DNA of 64,000 bases, taken from positions 186,001-250,000 of the forward strand of contig JAMWBK010000006.1 of NCBI GenBank assembly GCA_029953675.1. Direction: 5' to 3'. The DNA comes from Rhodosorus marinus CCMP1338. Lineage: Eukaryota; Plantae; Rhodophyta. Shown here one piece after another: positions 34,639 to 45,426 of the stretch. Numbering within the stretch: position 1 is the stretch's first letter; each line of letters begins with the position of its first letter. The notes under the pieces are model-generated. The model was not told where the DNA came from, did no database searches, and saw nothing but the letters and a program-made list of their open reading frames with translations. The translations under genes and the position numbers were made by a program.

Positions 34639-35616
34639 TCAAAACCCGCTCTTGTAGCAAGGGGAGAGCAAGTCCGCTGTGATTTCAAGCAGGTCGTCGC
34701 ATGAGATATCATAGGAGAGGCTGGTCTCTGCAGGTATTGACACGTGTGCCAGTTGCGCGTACTGTTTTCGCCTGGTGGCCAAGAGCTCGGGGTAGCACCT
34801 GCATAGGAATGCATGATAGTTAGCATGAATCGAATTTGACGACTGCCATGGATGCTGATATCAACGCTTCAGAAAGTTGAGCACTGTCCAACCTCCTCAG
34901 CGCTTTATCCCCATCCTCGCCATCCATCTGATTGTACGAGTCTCCCCACGAGACTGGCTTGGGCGTTTTGAAATAGTTTTCTATCATCTCTGAGACCATA
35001 TCGTCAGATGCGAGGAAGTGGACCACGAGGAACTTGTCCCTTAGACTTTGTAGAACTGGTCGAGGCATATAAATTACTGATCCTGTTGTATCCAGAACAA
35101 AGTTTTTTCCTTCTTCCGGGTCCACGGATGCAGTGATTCTCTCCTCGATTTCCAAATACTTCTTTTCGTTCTTCTTGAACCGATCTTCGTATGGGAAACC
35201 CATCCATTGTGCCATCCCTGTGCCAAAAGCATCGAAATTTGATGAAGCTGGTGAGTATTTCCTCCTATTCTCGGTCGTCTCTGTAGGCTAGGGGTTTCCG
35301 AACTCGACTCGTTACCTTCAATTCCTTTGTAGCCTAGAGCCTCGAGCTCGGGCAAAATCGCTTCTTCTATTTCTTCGTCCACACTTATCATGTTGAATCC
35401 ACGGCTTTCTCGAAGCTGGTTCGACCTAAAGGACTTTCCACAGTTCGACATTCCAACGAAACACAACCGCGTACTTCCATCCTCCAACTGCTTCTTAAAA
35501 GCTCTCCGATTCGGCGCTCCTGAAGCTAAAACCCGACATCTCCTACGAGATCGAGCACTATCAACTCCAACCCGTCCTATGCCAACTCCCAAGAAACAAA
35601 CCACACCACCATCCAT
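34639..35616 (-). CDS. Shikimate-kinase-like P-loop NTPase with plastid-type leader, 3 exons
   Basis: LCFVGMSNCGKS (Walker A), ISVDEEIE, GIE|GMAQWMGFPY, VLDTTGSVIY, PKPVSWGDSY, ALRR|CYPELLATRRKQYAQLAHVSIP...GF*. Confidence 0.8.
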
Positions 35617-36710
35617 CCTTCCGAACGCTCTCAGTCCAAAATCACACAATCCACTCCCACTATTCCTGCTCTTAACCAAAACTCAGATTCTTTTCCTCCA
35701 CTCACGCTCTGCTCTATAAATATACGCTTGTCGTTCCTCATCAAGCAAACAATCCATTCCTTCAAGGAACGAAAAACATCTACATTTTGAAAACCGATTC
35801 GATCTCATCACAAAACTCCGGATCTCCGTCATGGTCGCAATCCAAACGCGGAGCCGAGAGGCCGGATACTAGAGCCGAGAGGAGGGCGTGCCTCATGGTA
35901 CTTCGAATGTCCCAAGTGAAGGAGGGCTTGCTGCTCAGTGAGAAGTATCGACGGGATCACGTACCTGTGTGCGAGGACTGGTATTGAGATTTCGCCCTTG
36001 TTCAATGCTGCTGAGCAAGAACTCGGGGCGGATACGATTGCTTCAGTCCGAGACAAAGAATTTGTAGAGTACGTTTTGAATAGATTTGGAGGTATTACTG
36101 TGTAGGACGTGTGCTTGTGAGATGACTTGAGCAGATGATCAGCGGTTGTTTGCTGATTCTTCCCTGCGGAATGCTATGGAATTGTTTGGGTAAACGCCAT
36201 CCCTGTCTTCTCGTTCAGGAGAGCCAGTGGTTCGACCTGCTTTGTATTCGAGCAACTTCTACCGTCCTTCTCCTCGCATGGATGGTCGAAGAGGATAGAA
36301 TGGAAGGGTCTAGAGGAAAGGAAATCTGTGCTTGAAGATATGGGGCTGCATCAAAAACAGTGCTCGCTATTCAATTGTTCCGAAGCGATTGAACCAAGCC
36401 TTTTTGCCCTGCACTGTCTTCTACGTGTTTATCTACAAGCCCAGTCTCCTAAAGAAGAGGGATCAACAGAGAGCTAGGCTCCCTTCATCCTTAAGGGCAC
36501 CTACCATTTGCCAATGGACCAGGCCGTTCAGAAGTCGCAAGGGAGCGTTTAGTACGAAATAAGTTCAAGGTGAGTACGCATTGCCTGAGAGTCAGCTAAA
36601 CGGGAACAGGACGCAGTTCAACAAACCGACGTGCTTCCGTTTCGGCGGAATCCTAAAGTACAGTTCAGTTTCCAGCCTGCTCGGAGGCTTTTTCCACGTC
36701 TATGTTCACG

Positions 36711-37538
36711 TTATTGGGCCGGCTTGTCATATACCTTGCCCGCCTTAACTTGATAAACCTTCGTAAGATCGTCGAGGTATATACCAGTCAACCGATCTCC
36801 GTAAACACATCCAGTGTCAAGTCCGATTGAGAAGTCATGTCTCTGTAACCTTCGTTTAGCATCGTGTCCGAAGCAGACGAGCTCCGGTCCCGGCCAGACA
36901 AACCCTATTGGCGATCCCTCAGAGACACTCGTTGTTGATCTCATGGTTCCATCGGAATCTGTAACAACGTTTCGGGCCGAGACCATGGTCTCTGCGCTCT
37001 GTTCTTCCAGTGGCAAGTTTGGAATCAACCCCGCGTGAACAACGATCGCGTGCATTGAGGGAATGCTAATGGTGAACGGTAGTCTAGCCAGCCACCTTAC
37101 ATCGTCGTCGGTGAGGCCAGTGATCCAGCGATAACGCTCGATGGGCAGCAACTCTTTATTGCCCGAGTAGTAGGTCCGAACACGGCGGAGTACGGCCTCC
37201 TCATTGTTCCCGCGCACAGCTAAAGCCCCAATTTGTCTCGCATACCGCAGAGCAGCAATGCTATCGGGGCCCTTATTGACGACATCACCGGCCAAGACTA
37301 CGACAGTAGTTCTCAAATCCACATCTGCCTTCTTCAACAGAAGCTTAAACTCGTCAATACATCCGTGGATATCACCGATCACGAAAACCCGCTTGTCAGT
37401 AACCAGTTGTTTGTGCCTCACAACAGGGCTACTAGGAATCTTCAAGCGGCTTGGTCTCCCCCTCAACCACAAACGGCTAAACCAAAGACCAACAAGAGTG
37501 GGCAATCCGATAAAACACAAAACTCTCAACGTCTTCAT
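36711..37538 (-). CDS. ApaH-like/PPP-family metallophosphoesterase with N-terminal membrane anchor (Ppn2/ALPH-like)
   Basis: IGDIHGC, AGDVVNKGP, VRGNNE, VHAGL, FGHDA and GLDTGCVYG; N-terminal TM LCFIGLPTLVGLWF. Confidence 0.88.
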   Translation of the reverse strand: MKTLRVLCFIGLPTLVGLWFSRLWLRGRPSRLKIPSSPVVRHKQLVTDKRVFVIGDIHGCIDEFKLLLKKADVDLRTTVVVLAGDVVNKGPDSIAALRYARQIGALAVRGNNEEAVLRRVRTYYSGNKELLPIERYRWITGLTDDDVRWLARLPFTISIPSMHAIVVHAGLIPNLPLEEQSAETMVSARNVVTDSDGTMRSTTSVSEGSPIGFVWPGPELVCFGHDAKRRLQRHDFSIGLDTGCVYGDRLTGIYLDDLTKVYQVKAGKVYDKPAQ

Positions 37539-38409
37539 CAAGCATCCACATTATCCGACGAACTTGATGCGGCACTTGATTCTTTCCTTAAGTGACAATC
37601 TATGTCTTGGATTGAGGTTTTCGTCTTGCCAATGACCGCAGCGTGAGCTACCACACCCATCCGCCGCCATTCAACTACTGATGAAAGAAAAAAATAAGGA
37701 GATTGAGAGCCCCTCAGAGATTGCTTCTACTGAGCCAATTTCCCAATACTTCCAAATGAGCTGGGGAAAGCGCTTTCTCCAGCTCACCCCCAGCGCGCAT
37801 TTGTCAAAGGCAAGTAATCCCCATCACCTGCTCCTGGGCAAACGAGCAAAACTAGATGGAAATTTAGGAAACCTTTGGTAATTGGCCGTGATAACTTTCA
37901 GGGGGTGTTTTGGATTGGGTCCGGTTTTGAAAATGATGCTTCTTCTGCTCCATTCCCACGAGCTTCACCCACACGCAGCAAACCATCTTACCAACCTCAT
38001 ACGGACATGAGGATGGCCCCGTCGAGTGAGTTTGTTGTATATCTAGTGGCCCTTTCGGATGATTTTCAAGCTTGGATTACATTTTCCTTATGTGAATGTC
38101 CAGTTGAATCTTACGCTACACCATCAGTACGATTCTCACCATCACATCTCCAATGCATACCAACGCGTCCTATACCGAGCTCATTTGGCACATGCGGAAA
38201 TTTGGCTTTCGTTCAATAGAATGCCAAGGGAATCCCAAATTGGATTTCAATCTCCATCTATTTTCCTTCATTTGCAAAGCACCATCAACGCCGTTTTGTC
38301 ACAAATTTGATGGTTTTACATGGACCAACACCAGATTATTAGAAAATAGCTCTCCAGATTGGGTTTGGAGGAATAGCTTGGAAAGCAGTAAGGTATCTGG
38401 CTCTCAGCA

Positions 38410-38495
38410 GGGAGGAAGGTATCTGGTAAGGATGGCTCTAAGGAGGGAGGAAGGTATCTGATAAGGATGGCTCTAAGGAGGGAGGAAGGTATCTG
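38410..38495. repeat. 35-bp tandem repeat, ~2.5 copies
   Basis: gggaggaaggtatctg(g/a)taaggatggctctaagga starts at 38410, 38445 and 38480. Confidence 0.9.
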
Positions 38496-38645
38496 AAGCA
38501 GAAAAGGTTGAAGAAGCGAGAACAAAATCCCTTGTTTGAGACCTGGTTTTGTTTCTCTTGGATAGCAGGTGAAGAGTTTCTCATTCGCGAGGTGAGGAGT
38601 CTGGAAACGCACGGCATGGTTGATGTGAGAGAATATTCGGCATGA

Positions 38646-41600
38646 TTGCTGGTGGCTTATGTGTCGTTGGGGTTGGGGTTCGATATGGATATGGGTGAAG
38701 AGTCGTGCAGGAAAACAGCGACGTTTTGTAGGCCCTTGTTTTTGGAGAATTCAGTAGTCTGGAAACGCAGTAGACGGCCGAGGTCTGCGTCGTGTTTGCT
38801 CTGTGAAAATGGAAGCGTGGACCGCGGAGATACGAAAGGTTTCTGGAAGACCGCAAGCTCTCTGAAATGCTCGGGGGATGCGAATCGGCTGAGGGAACTT
38901 GTAGACGGGCTACGGAAGGCACCGGTGACAGTTGCAGCTCCCGACTACACGGACCTGAAGCTCCATATGATGGTTCTGCAGGCGTTCTTCTCCAGGGACA
39001 ATGTACAGGGCGCCATGGATCACTTTGAAGATATGAAAGTTTATGGAGCGAGACCAGATGTAGTCATCTACAATTTTCTCATGAGCAACCTCGCGCGGCG
39101 TAGACGTCTAAAGGGTCTTTTCAAATTGAGAAAGGAAATGGAGGGCTACGGAATTCCAATGGACGCATGTTCGTATTCAGCTCTGATTCACGGCTACGCT
39201 GTTGTTGGAAACATCCAAATGGCGTGGTCCTTCTACGACGAAATGAGAAGCCGGCACATTGTGCCAAACGAGAGTGTGTTTGGCAACCTCGCCAGCGCTG
39301 CTTCAAAGAGTGGGGATGTTAGAAAAGTTGAGCAAGCAATCAGGAACATGCTTTCATACAAAATCAGACCCAACCAATACGTATACAACGCACTTATAAG
39401 TGCCTCTGCGAAGAGCGCTGACATCCACACGGCCATCGCAACCTTTGTCAGAATGCAGAAGGAAAAGATTAGACCTGATACGGTCACTTTCACGACTCTA
39501 ATGGCTGCTTATGCAGCAGTGAACGATCTAGAAGGAGTCGTAACAACGTATAACGAATTCGTTTTACGCGATCTGGAACCCGATGTTTTTATAATGTGTG
39601 AGCTGATCAAAGCTCACGCACGACTCGGCAAAGTCGAAGATGCAGAAAGGTGCTTTCGAGGCATGAAGAAGAGCGGATTAAATCCTGACCGGATCGTCTA
39701 CAGCGTTATGATCAAAGCTTATGGTCGAAGAGGGTCTGCTGACAAGGTCAGTCGCCTCCTTGAGAACACCGTCCTTCCTTGTTTCCGCTTGAAGTGTCTC
39801 ACCATGCTGAACACAACGTGCACACCGTGATTTCGATGTCTTTGGATCTGGTTTAGGCCAGGGAAATGTTTGAAGAGATGTGCGATGAAGGTATAAAACC
39901 AAACAGTGTGGTTTTCAATGAACTCATGGACGCGTACAACAAAGCTCGAGACCACGATGCCGCAATTCGAGCGTTTTCGCAAATGCAAGGTTTTCACGTT
40001 CGACCAAATTCGTGGGCTTATACCACCCTTATCCATGCGTACGCTCGTAAAGGAGATTTGAAGGGAGCCGAGAACGCTCTAGAGGACATGTTGAAGCGGA
40101 AGTTTAGGCCCTTTACTGCGACATTCACGACCCTCATCGATGGTTTTGCAAACGTAAGTTGTATTGTGCCTGTAGGACGGGAGGCGTCCACGTCTTCTCT
40201 ATTCTGATGGCAGATGTTGTCTCGTTCTTGGGATCTCCACTAGGCTGGCAATGTACGCAAGGCGATACACTATTACTCAAGGATCAAATGTGACCAGTCG
40301 ATGCCGTTGGACTCGCGTGTGTTCAATTCGATCATGCGTGCTTACTTTCACGCGGGTTATTTCACCCGAGTTGATAGACAATACAAGGATATGCTGCGCA
40401 GAGGGGTAAAGCCGGATGCACACACCTACAGCATGTTGATAGAAGCAAATTCTGCAATAGGTAGAGGTGAAATGATTGAGCTTCTACTGAAAGACATGAA
40501 GGAGAGGGGAGTACAATCGGATGAGGTGGTGGAGTCATCCGTTCTTCGGGGCTATTTCAACAACTTTGGGGCTGATGCAGCTGAAAAGTACCTTCAGAGC
40601 TTGGGGACCGTGCTCGACAAGCATCTGCTGACGATGATCGCACTGTTTGTGGATCGAGGCCAAAGCCAGCTCGCAGTTGAGTACTGCAGGAGGACAAAGT
40701 CCATGGGAGTGACCAACAAGCGACTCCTCGCCGTGTGGGTGCAGGCGCTGCTTCAGAGCGGCGACCGAGAGGGTTGTGTCTCCATTGTCCACGAGTTTGC
40801 TGAGGCTGGCGTCTTCGTTGAATGTGAATCTGTGAAGAGGATCATCGAAAGCAATCTGTTTACTGATGAAGAGGCCCGGGACTTGTTCAAGGGTTTGGGG
40901 TATTCAGTGGTTCTCGGATCAATGCTAAACGCGTACGCCAAGCTTGGAAAGTTCGACCAAGTAGAAGCGTTGGAGGTGGATCGTGAAAGACGGGGCATCC
41001 CGCGCTCGGTGGAGGGAACCCTTGCCTTTCTTAGCCTTCAAGCAATGAATGGCGAGAGCTCGCTTCAGTCCGGGATCACGGAACTCCAGTATCAGCGGGT
41101 GCTCGTAGAAAGAAATCTTTTGAGTTCTGTTCTCCAGATCTTGTCGGAGGGCGGATGCGCAGCCGCAGCTTTGGTCGTATTCGAAGAGATATCTCGTCGC
41201 GGATGGATTCCTACGCTGGCCTGTTATAATTCAGCGATGGCCGCCTACGCAAGACTAAAGCGACCTACCGATATTTTGAGACTAATGAACACCATGCGCA
41301 GGGAGCACTTTGCTCCGGATACAACGAGCTACAACAAGCTGATTGAGGCGTATCTAGCGCAGCTCAAGCTTGCCGAAGCTGTGAGAGTTCTTCACGATAT
41401 GAGGAAGGAGGAGGTGGTGCCGAACGTTGCGACTTTTCATATTTTGATGCGCTCGCATGTGAAGTTGGAGGACTCGAGCATGTTCACTGCCCTGTATATG
41501 GAGCTTTTGCGCCAAGGACTGAAACCGAACGCCATTACAACATCAATGCTCAGTCAAGCATTGTCCCACGACAAGAGCGTGCCTCAACAGTCTGAGGACC

Positions 41601-41746
41601 TCCCAATTCCCTTGTCGGTGCTCGAATGCTACGGCCGATTGTACGACAATGAAGCTGTAGATCTGGGAAAACTGTACAACCAAGCAGTTGCCGCTATCGC
41701 TTCTGCGGAGACAGCTCCAACGGTGGCACGGCAACGGGCGATGTGA
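38646..41746 (+). CDS. Pentatricopeptide-repeat (P-class PPR) protein, probably organellar, 3 exons; start codon uncertain
   Basis: Many 35-aa repeats (PDVVIYNFLM, PNQYVYNALI, PDTVTFTTLM, PDRIVYSVMI, PNSVVFNELM, PDAHTYSMLI, PDTTSYNKLI, PNVATFHILM). Introns begin after ADK| (~39748) and FAN| (~40154). Confidence 0.92.
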
Positions 41747-42193
41747 AAAGTGCTGTGTTTGCCTCCATGGAATAAGAATAGGAACGTAAATTATTTGGAT
41801 TATGTAATTTTCTGCCTCGTCCGAGTCTCAATCTCGTAACCTTCCTACAATCCCCAGACACGTGCACAAATCCTCTTCAACAAGGAGAACTTGCTGACGA
41901 ACGCCAAGCTGATTCACCTCAGGGGAACCCTATACGGGATCTTGTGGGAATTCGGACTTCCTATTCATCGTTTTTGAACATCCGGGGACACCGGATACCT
42001 CCTAACCGTCTGCAGAATAGATACACGACCTCGACCATCCCTCGCAATGGCCTCCGCGTAGGCACCAGCCGCTGCTTAAGTTCATGCTTGATGACATGGT
42101 TTGTTAAGGAGCATTCTATTGCGCGTAGTTTCACACTTGCAAACCTAAGACAGTCTAGTCTTCTTCATGCTCACACGCCGCGCGTGCCCATCA

Positions 42194-42640
42194 GACTCGC
42201 GACGAATATAAATTCTCTCGCGTCTCCACCTGGGATATCAAAAAGTCAGTCATTAGGGTGCGGGGGAATCATCACCATCGTGCTCATCAGGAACGGTAAA
42301 GCTGCTGCAATGGAAGGTAAGGCACACCTTCCTTTTTGGGAGACTCTAAATGTCTACCTGATCTTTGAGCTGCTTGAAGGCGATGAGCTTCATCAAGTGG
42401 AAAAGAGGTCGTTTTCTAGCTGACTGGCTACGAAGATAAATTCGCTCTGTCTCCAGCTGGGACATCGAAAACTCAGTCATCGGGTTACCGATGCATCATC
42501 ATCATCATCGTGCTCAACAAGAACGGAAGGCAGTACATCGGAAGAGATTCACAACTTTCGGGAGATTCTAAACGTCTACCTGGATCTTTGAGCTGCTTTT
42601 GGAAGGCGATGAGCTTCATCACAAGGAAAGGAGATTGTTC
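42194..42640. repeat. Diverged tandem duplication, two ~228-bp units
   Basis: Unit 1 starts gactcgcgacgaatataaattc (42194) and unit 2 starts gactggctacgaagataaattc (42422). Shared blocks tcagtcat, catcgtgctca, tctacctg(g)atctttgagctgctt, gaaggcgatgagcttcatca. Confidence 0.85.
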
Positions 42641-42836
42641 AGGACTAATGTGAAGAAGACGCGGAGGATTGTAAGAGAGGAGAGCCGAAAGGATTTGATG
42701 TGGTCAAGTAAATGGAGAGTGTGGATGAATTATAGGAACTGGTTTCGCGGTGCTGAGGAATAGGACAGTTTGGTTTAAAGTAAATAAAGGGTTTTGGTTA
42801 AGAAGATGGGCAAGTTAAGCTTGTGAATGGGTTGAG

Positions 42837-44309
42837 ATGGATCAGCTTAGGGAGGCGGTAAAAGGGCTTCAGGCCTGTATTGGTGACGTCGTGGGAACCT
42901 CTACTTATGCTCTTGAGGATGACCTGGCGCTGCTTGAGATGGTTTTTGAGGAGTTAACGGATGCTGAGGTTGGTCTTTGGGAGGAGATTGATAAGGAAAG
43001 TTTGCAGTTGGTGAGTCAACGGGGCCAGTTGAGTGACCTACAGGAGGAGCTCGATTCGATTCAAGTGGAGAGGGAGCAGATAGTGGAGGGCCTGGGTAAG
43101 CTCGCCGGTAGGATCTCCGATGGCGAGGTTGAGAGAGAGACCCACTCATTAGAGATCTTGAGGAGGCATTGCCTCTCGTCTACGGAGGAATTGGGGGTGT
43201 ACAAGGCGAAAGCCGAGAGATTAGAGGACGAGATTTCTCAGTTGGAGAAGACTCTGGAGATCGAGACGCGGTCAGTCCACGAACTGCGATCATCCTTGAA
43301 AAAGGACAGAATGAAGCGGGATGAGGAATCTAGACGAAGGCAGAAATGGCGCACAGAGGTGGGTTCTCGACTGCGAACAAGTAGCGCTCAACTCCGGGAC
43401 CTTCAGAAGGTTCATGCTGGTCTGATCGATATGTTCGAAATGAAAGCGGAACATAGCTTTGATTGGCAAGAACGTGGGGAAGCTGCCTTGAAGGAGATTG
43501 AGATGCTTCAGATACGGTACGGTACAAACCATTTCTGAATTGGCCCAGTGTGGAAGAGAAGGCATGGCCTCGTGCTAAGCCTAGTGGCTTTTGTGTCTGA
43601 TATCGTTGAACAGAGCGGACGAGGCAGAACAAGCTGTAAAACTGTTAGAGACAGTACAGAAAGAGCGCTCGCTTCTTGACGAACAGCTGTCAACCTTATG
43701 TAGAAAGGCCGAGCTCACCTTTCCGGGGACGGAACAGCTCGCCGTGGATATAACGATACAGGAGACCATCGCCCGCGCTCTCGAGAGGAGGTGAGTTGCT
43801 CGGGTAAGCCCTCGTAGTCTGAAGTCAATGATTGACCTGGTGAAACCTTGGACGCGATGCGCTCTAGGCTCAAACTCGCTGGTGAAACAGTAACTGAACT
43901 GGAGCAAGGAAGGGAAAAAATTGTAGAGGTGAACCTCAGCCTTCAAAAAGAAACTGAGGAACTTCGAAAGGAAAAATCGTTGCTGGAAGGACAACTTGCG
44001 AAGAAACAGGATATCAGCATTGCCAGGGAGCAAGCCTTGAGCGAAGGAAACCATTTGATACGTTTCGTTAATGGAACACTGTCGTAAGTAATCCATGCGT
44101 CTATCGATCACGCCGGTTCCATCTCTCCTACCTGAAACCGCCTTGGCTCAACCTAGACGTTGTTTTCTGTCCGCGGCTCATGATTGTTTTGAACCAGTCG
44201 ATGGCTTTCCGAGCAACAGGCCGCGATATATGAGGATGAAGGCTCTTCAGATGAAGTAGCTACGCCTGGGGAGGAAACTGCTCAAAAGTCAAAGGAAACA
44301 GAATCCTGA
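42837..44309 (+). CDS. Long coiled-coil protein of unknown function, ~4 exons
   Basis: E/L/K/R-rich heptad ORFs (42837-43538, 43591-43794, 43848-44087) joinable by GT-AG introns; last exon SRWLSEQQAAIYEDEGSSDE...KETES*. Confidence 0.7.
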
Positions 44310-44457
44310 CGACGGGCAGCGGGTTTGGAATGAAGATGTTTCTTCATGATTGAGCAAGTTGGTTGTTATTTAATTCTCTTTCACCCGTGCGGTTTGTTAT
44401 AACTTAAAAAAATTCATTACTAACATTTGTTAAACAAATCCATCAGTGGATACTAAA

Positions 44458-45426
44458 CTACTGTCTTCTGAGTGCCAGTTCAGTCTTCTGAGATTGGGAG
44501 TTCTCCTTCTCGATTCGATCAAACCATCTCATAACAGATTCGTAAGTTAGAAACATTAGCGCCGCGTTTGGAACAACTCGGAGTAGATGTGCGCCCATTC
44601 CTCCGTAGAGTCCCTTCATTCCCTCTTCTCGACCGATCGTACTCAAACTCTGTATCATGGTGCGATATTTGGGAAGTTGCCCTGGAGCAGGAGGAATTCG
44701 CATTCTCGTCCGCACCACCTCGTGCGGATACGTCAGGGCACTGGCGAAAAGCTTCGCGACTGCAGCTGCTCCAAAGAGTTCAAGCTTGGAGGCCTCAACC
44801 TTTTCACCAGTCGCTGTCCCCGGCTTCGATGCAACGAGGCGCTGCTTCAGGCCCTCATAAATAACAAAATGAATTGCACCCTCCGCCACACCCCAATAGG
44901 ATGCCGAAAGTCCGCGGAAAAACCCGCTCACACCTTCCTCCTGAAAGATCCTCGAAACCGAATTCCTGAATCCCTCGTAGGCATTGGCCTCTCCGGCAAA
45001 AAGTTGGAGCCTTGTCTTAACCATCCAGATGGGATTTGTCACAGTGTTGGACACGACGCCGGCGACAACAGCGGAGGCAATGTGAACGACTGGGTTCTCT
45101 TCCCATCTTTTAACAAGCCAAGACTTTGTGGTTGAATAAGCCCAGAAGTAGGTAGATCGTGCAGGGAGGATACCCAACAAAGTCGGCGGCAACCCTCGAA
45201 AGAAACCCCTTACCCCTTCGCGCTGCAGGATTTGCCCTACGATCGTACCGGGAGAACTCAACGAGGATCCTTGCAGTTTCGTCTTCACAACCTCAATCGG
45301 GCAGGTCACCGTCGAAGAAAGTGATCCAGCAACCCCTCCCGCCAGCAACGAAGCCAGTTGCTTCTGTTCCGCAAGCGCCGCCAGCCTCGCCTCCTTCTTC
45401 CCCCCAATCTGACTTACCGCACCCAT
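44458..45426 (-). CDS. Mitochondrial carrier, RIM2/SLC25A33/36-like pyrimidine nucleotide carrier
   Basis: Three Px[D/E]xx[K/R]x[K/R]-type repeats: CPIEVVKTKLQ, NPIWMVKTRLQ (W variant typical of RIM2/folate carriers), YPHEVVRTRMR; GLSASYWG; LLRVVPNAALMFLTYE. Confidence 0.88.
   Translation of the reverse strand: MGAVSQIGGKKEARLAALAEQKQLASLLAGGVAGSLSSTVTCPIEVVKTKLQGSSLSSPGTIVGQILQREGVRGFFRGLPPTLLGILPARSTYFWAYSTTKSWLVKRWEENPVVHIASAVVAGVVSNTVTNPIWMVKTRLQLFAGEANAYEGFRNSVSRIFQEEGVSGFFRGLSASYWGVAEGAIHFVIYEGLKQRLVASKPGTATGEKVEASKLELFGAAAVAKLFASALTYPHEVVRTRMRIPPAPGQLPKYRTMIQSLSTIGREEGMKGLYGGMGAHLLRVVPNAALMFLTYESVMRWFDRIEKENSQSQKTELALRRQ

Noticed and set aside
35780-36500. Possible minus-strand hypothetical gene ending ...DGDPEFCDEIESVFKM*
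   Set aside because: Requires a 34-nt intron, far below the 80-125 nt seen elsewhere, and no start or family could be assigned.
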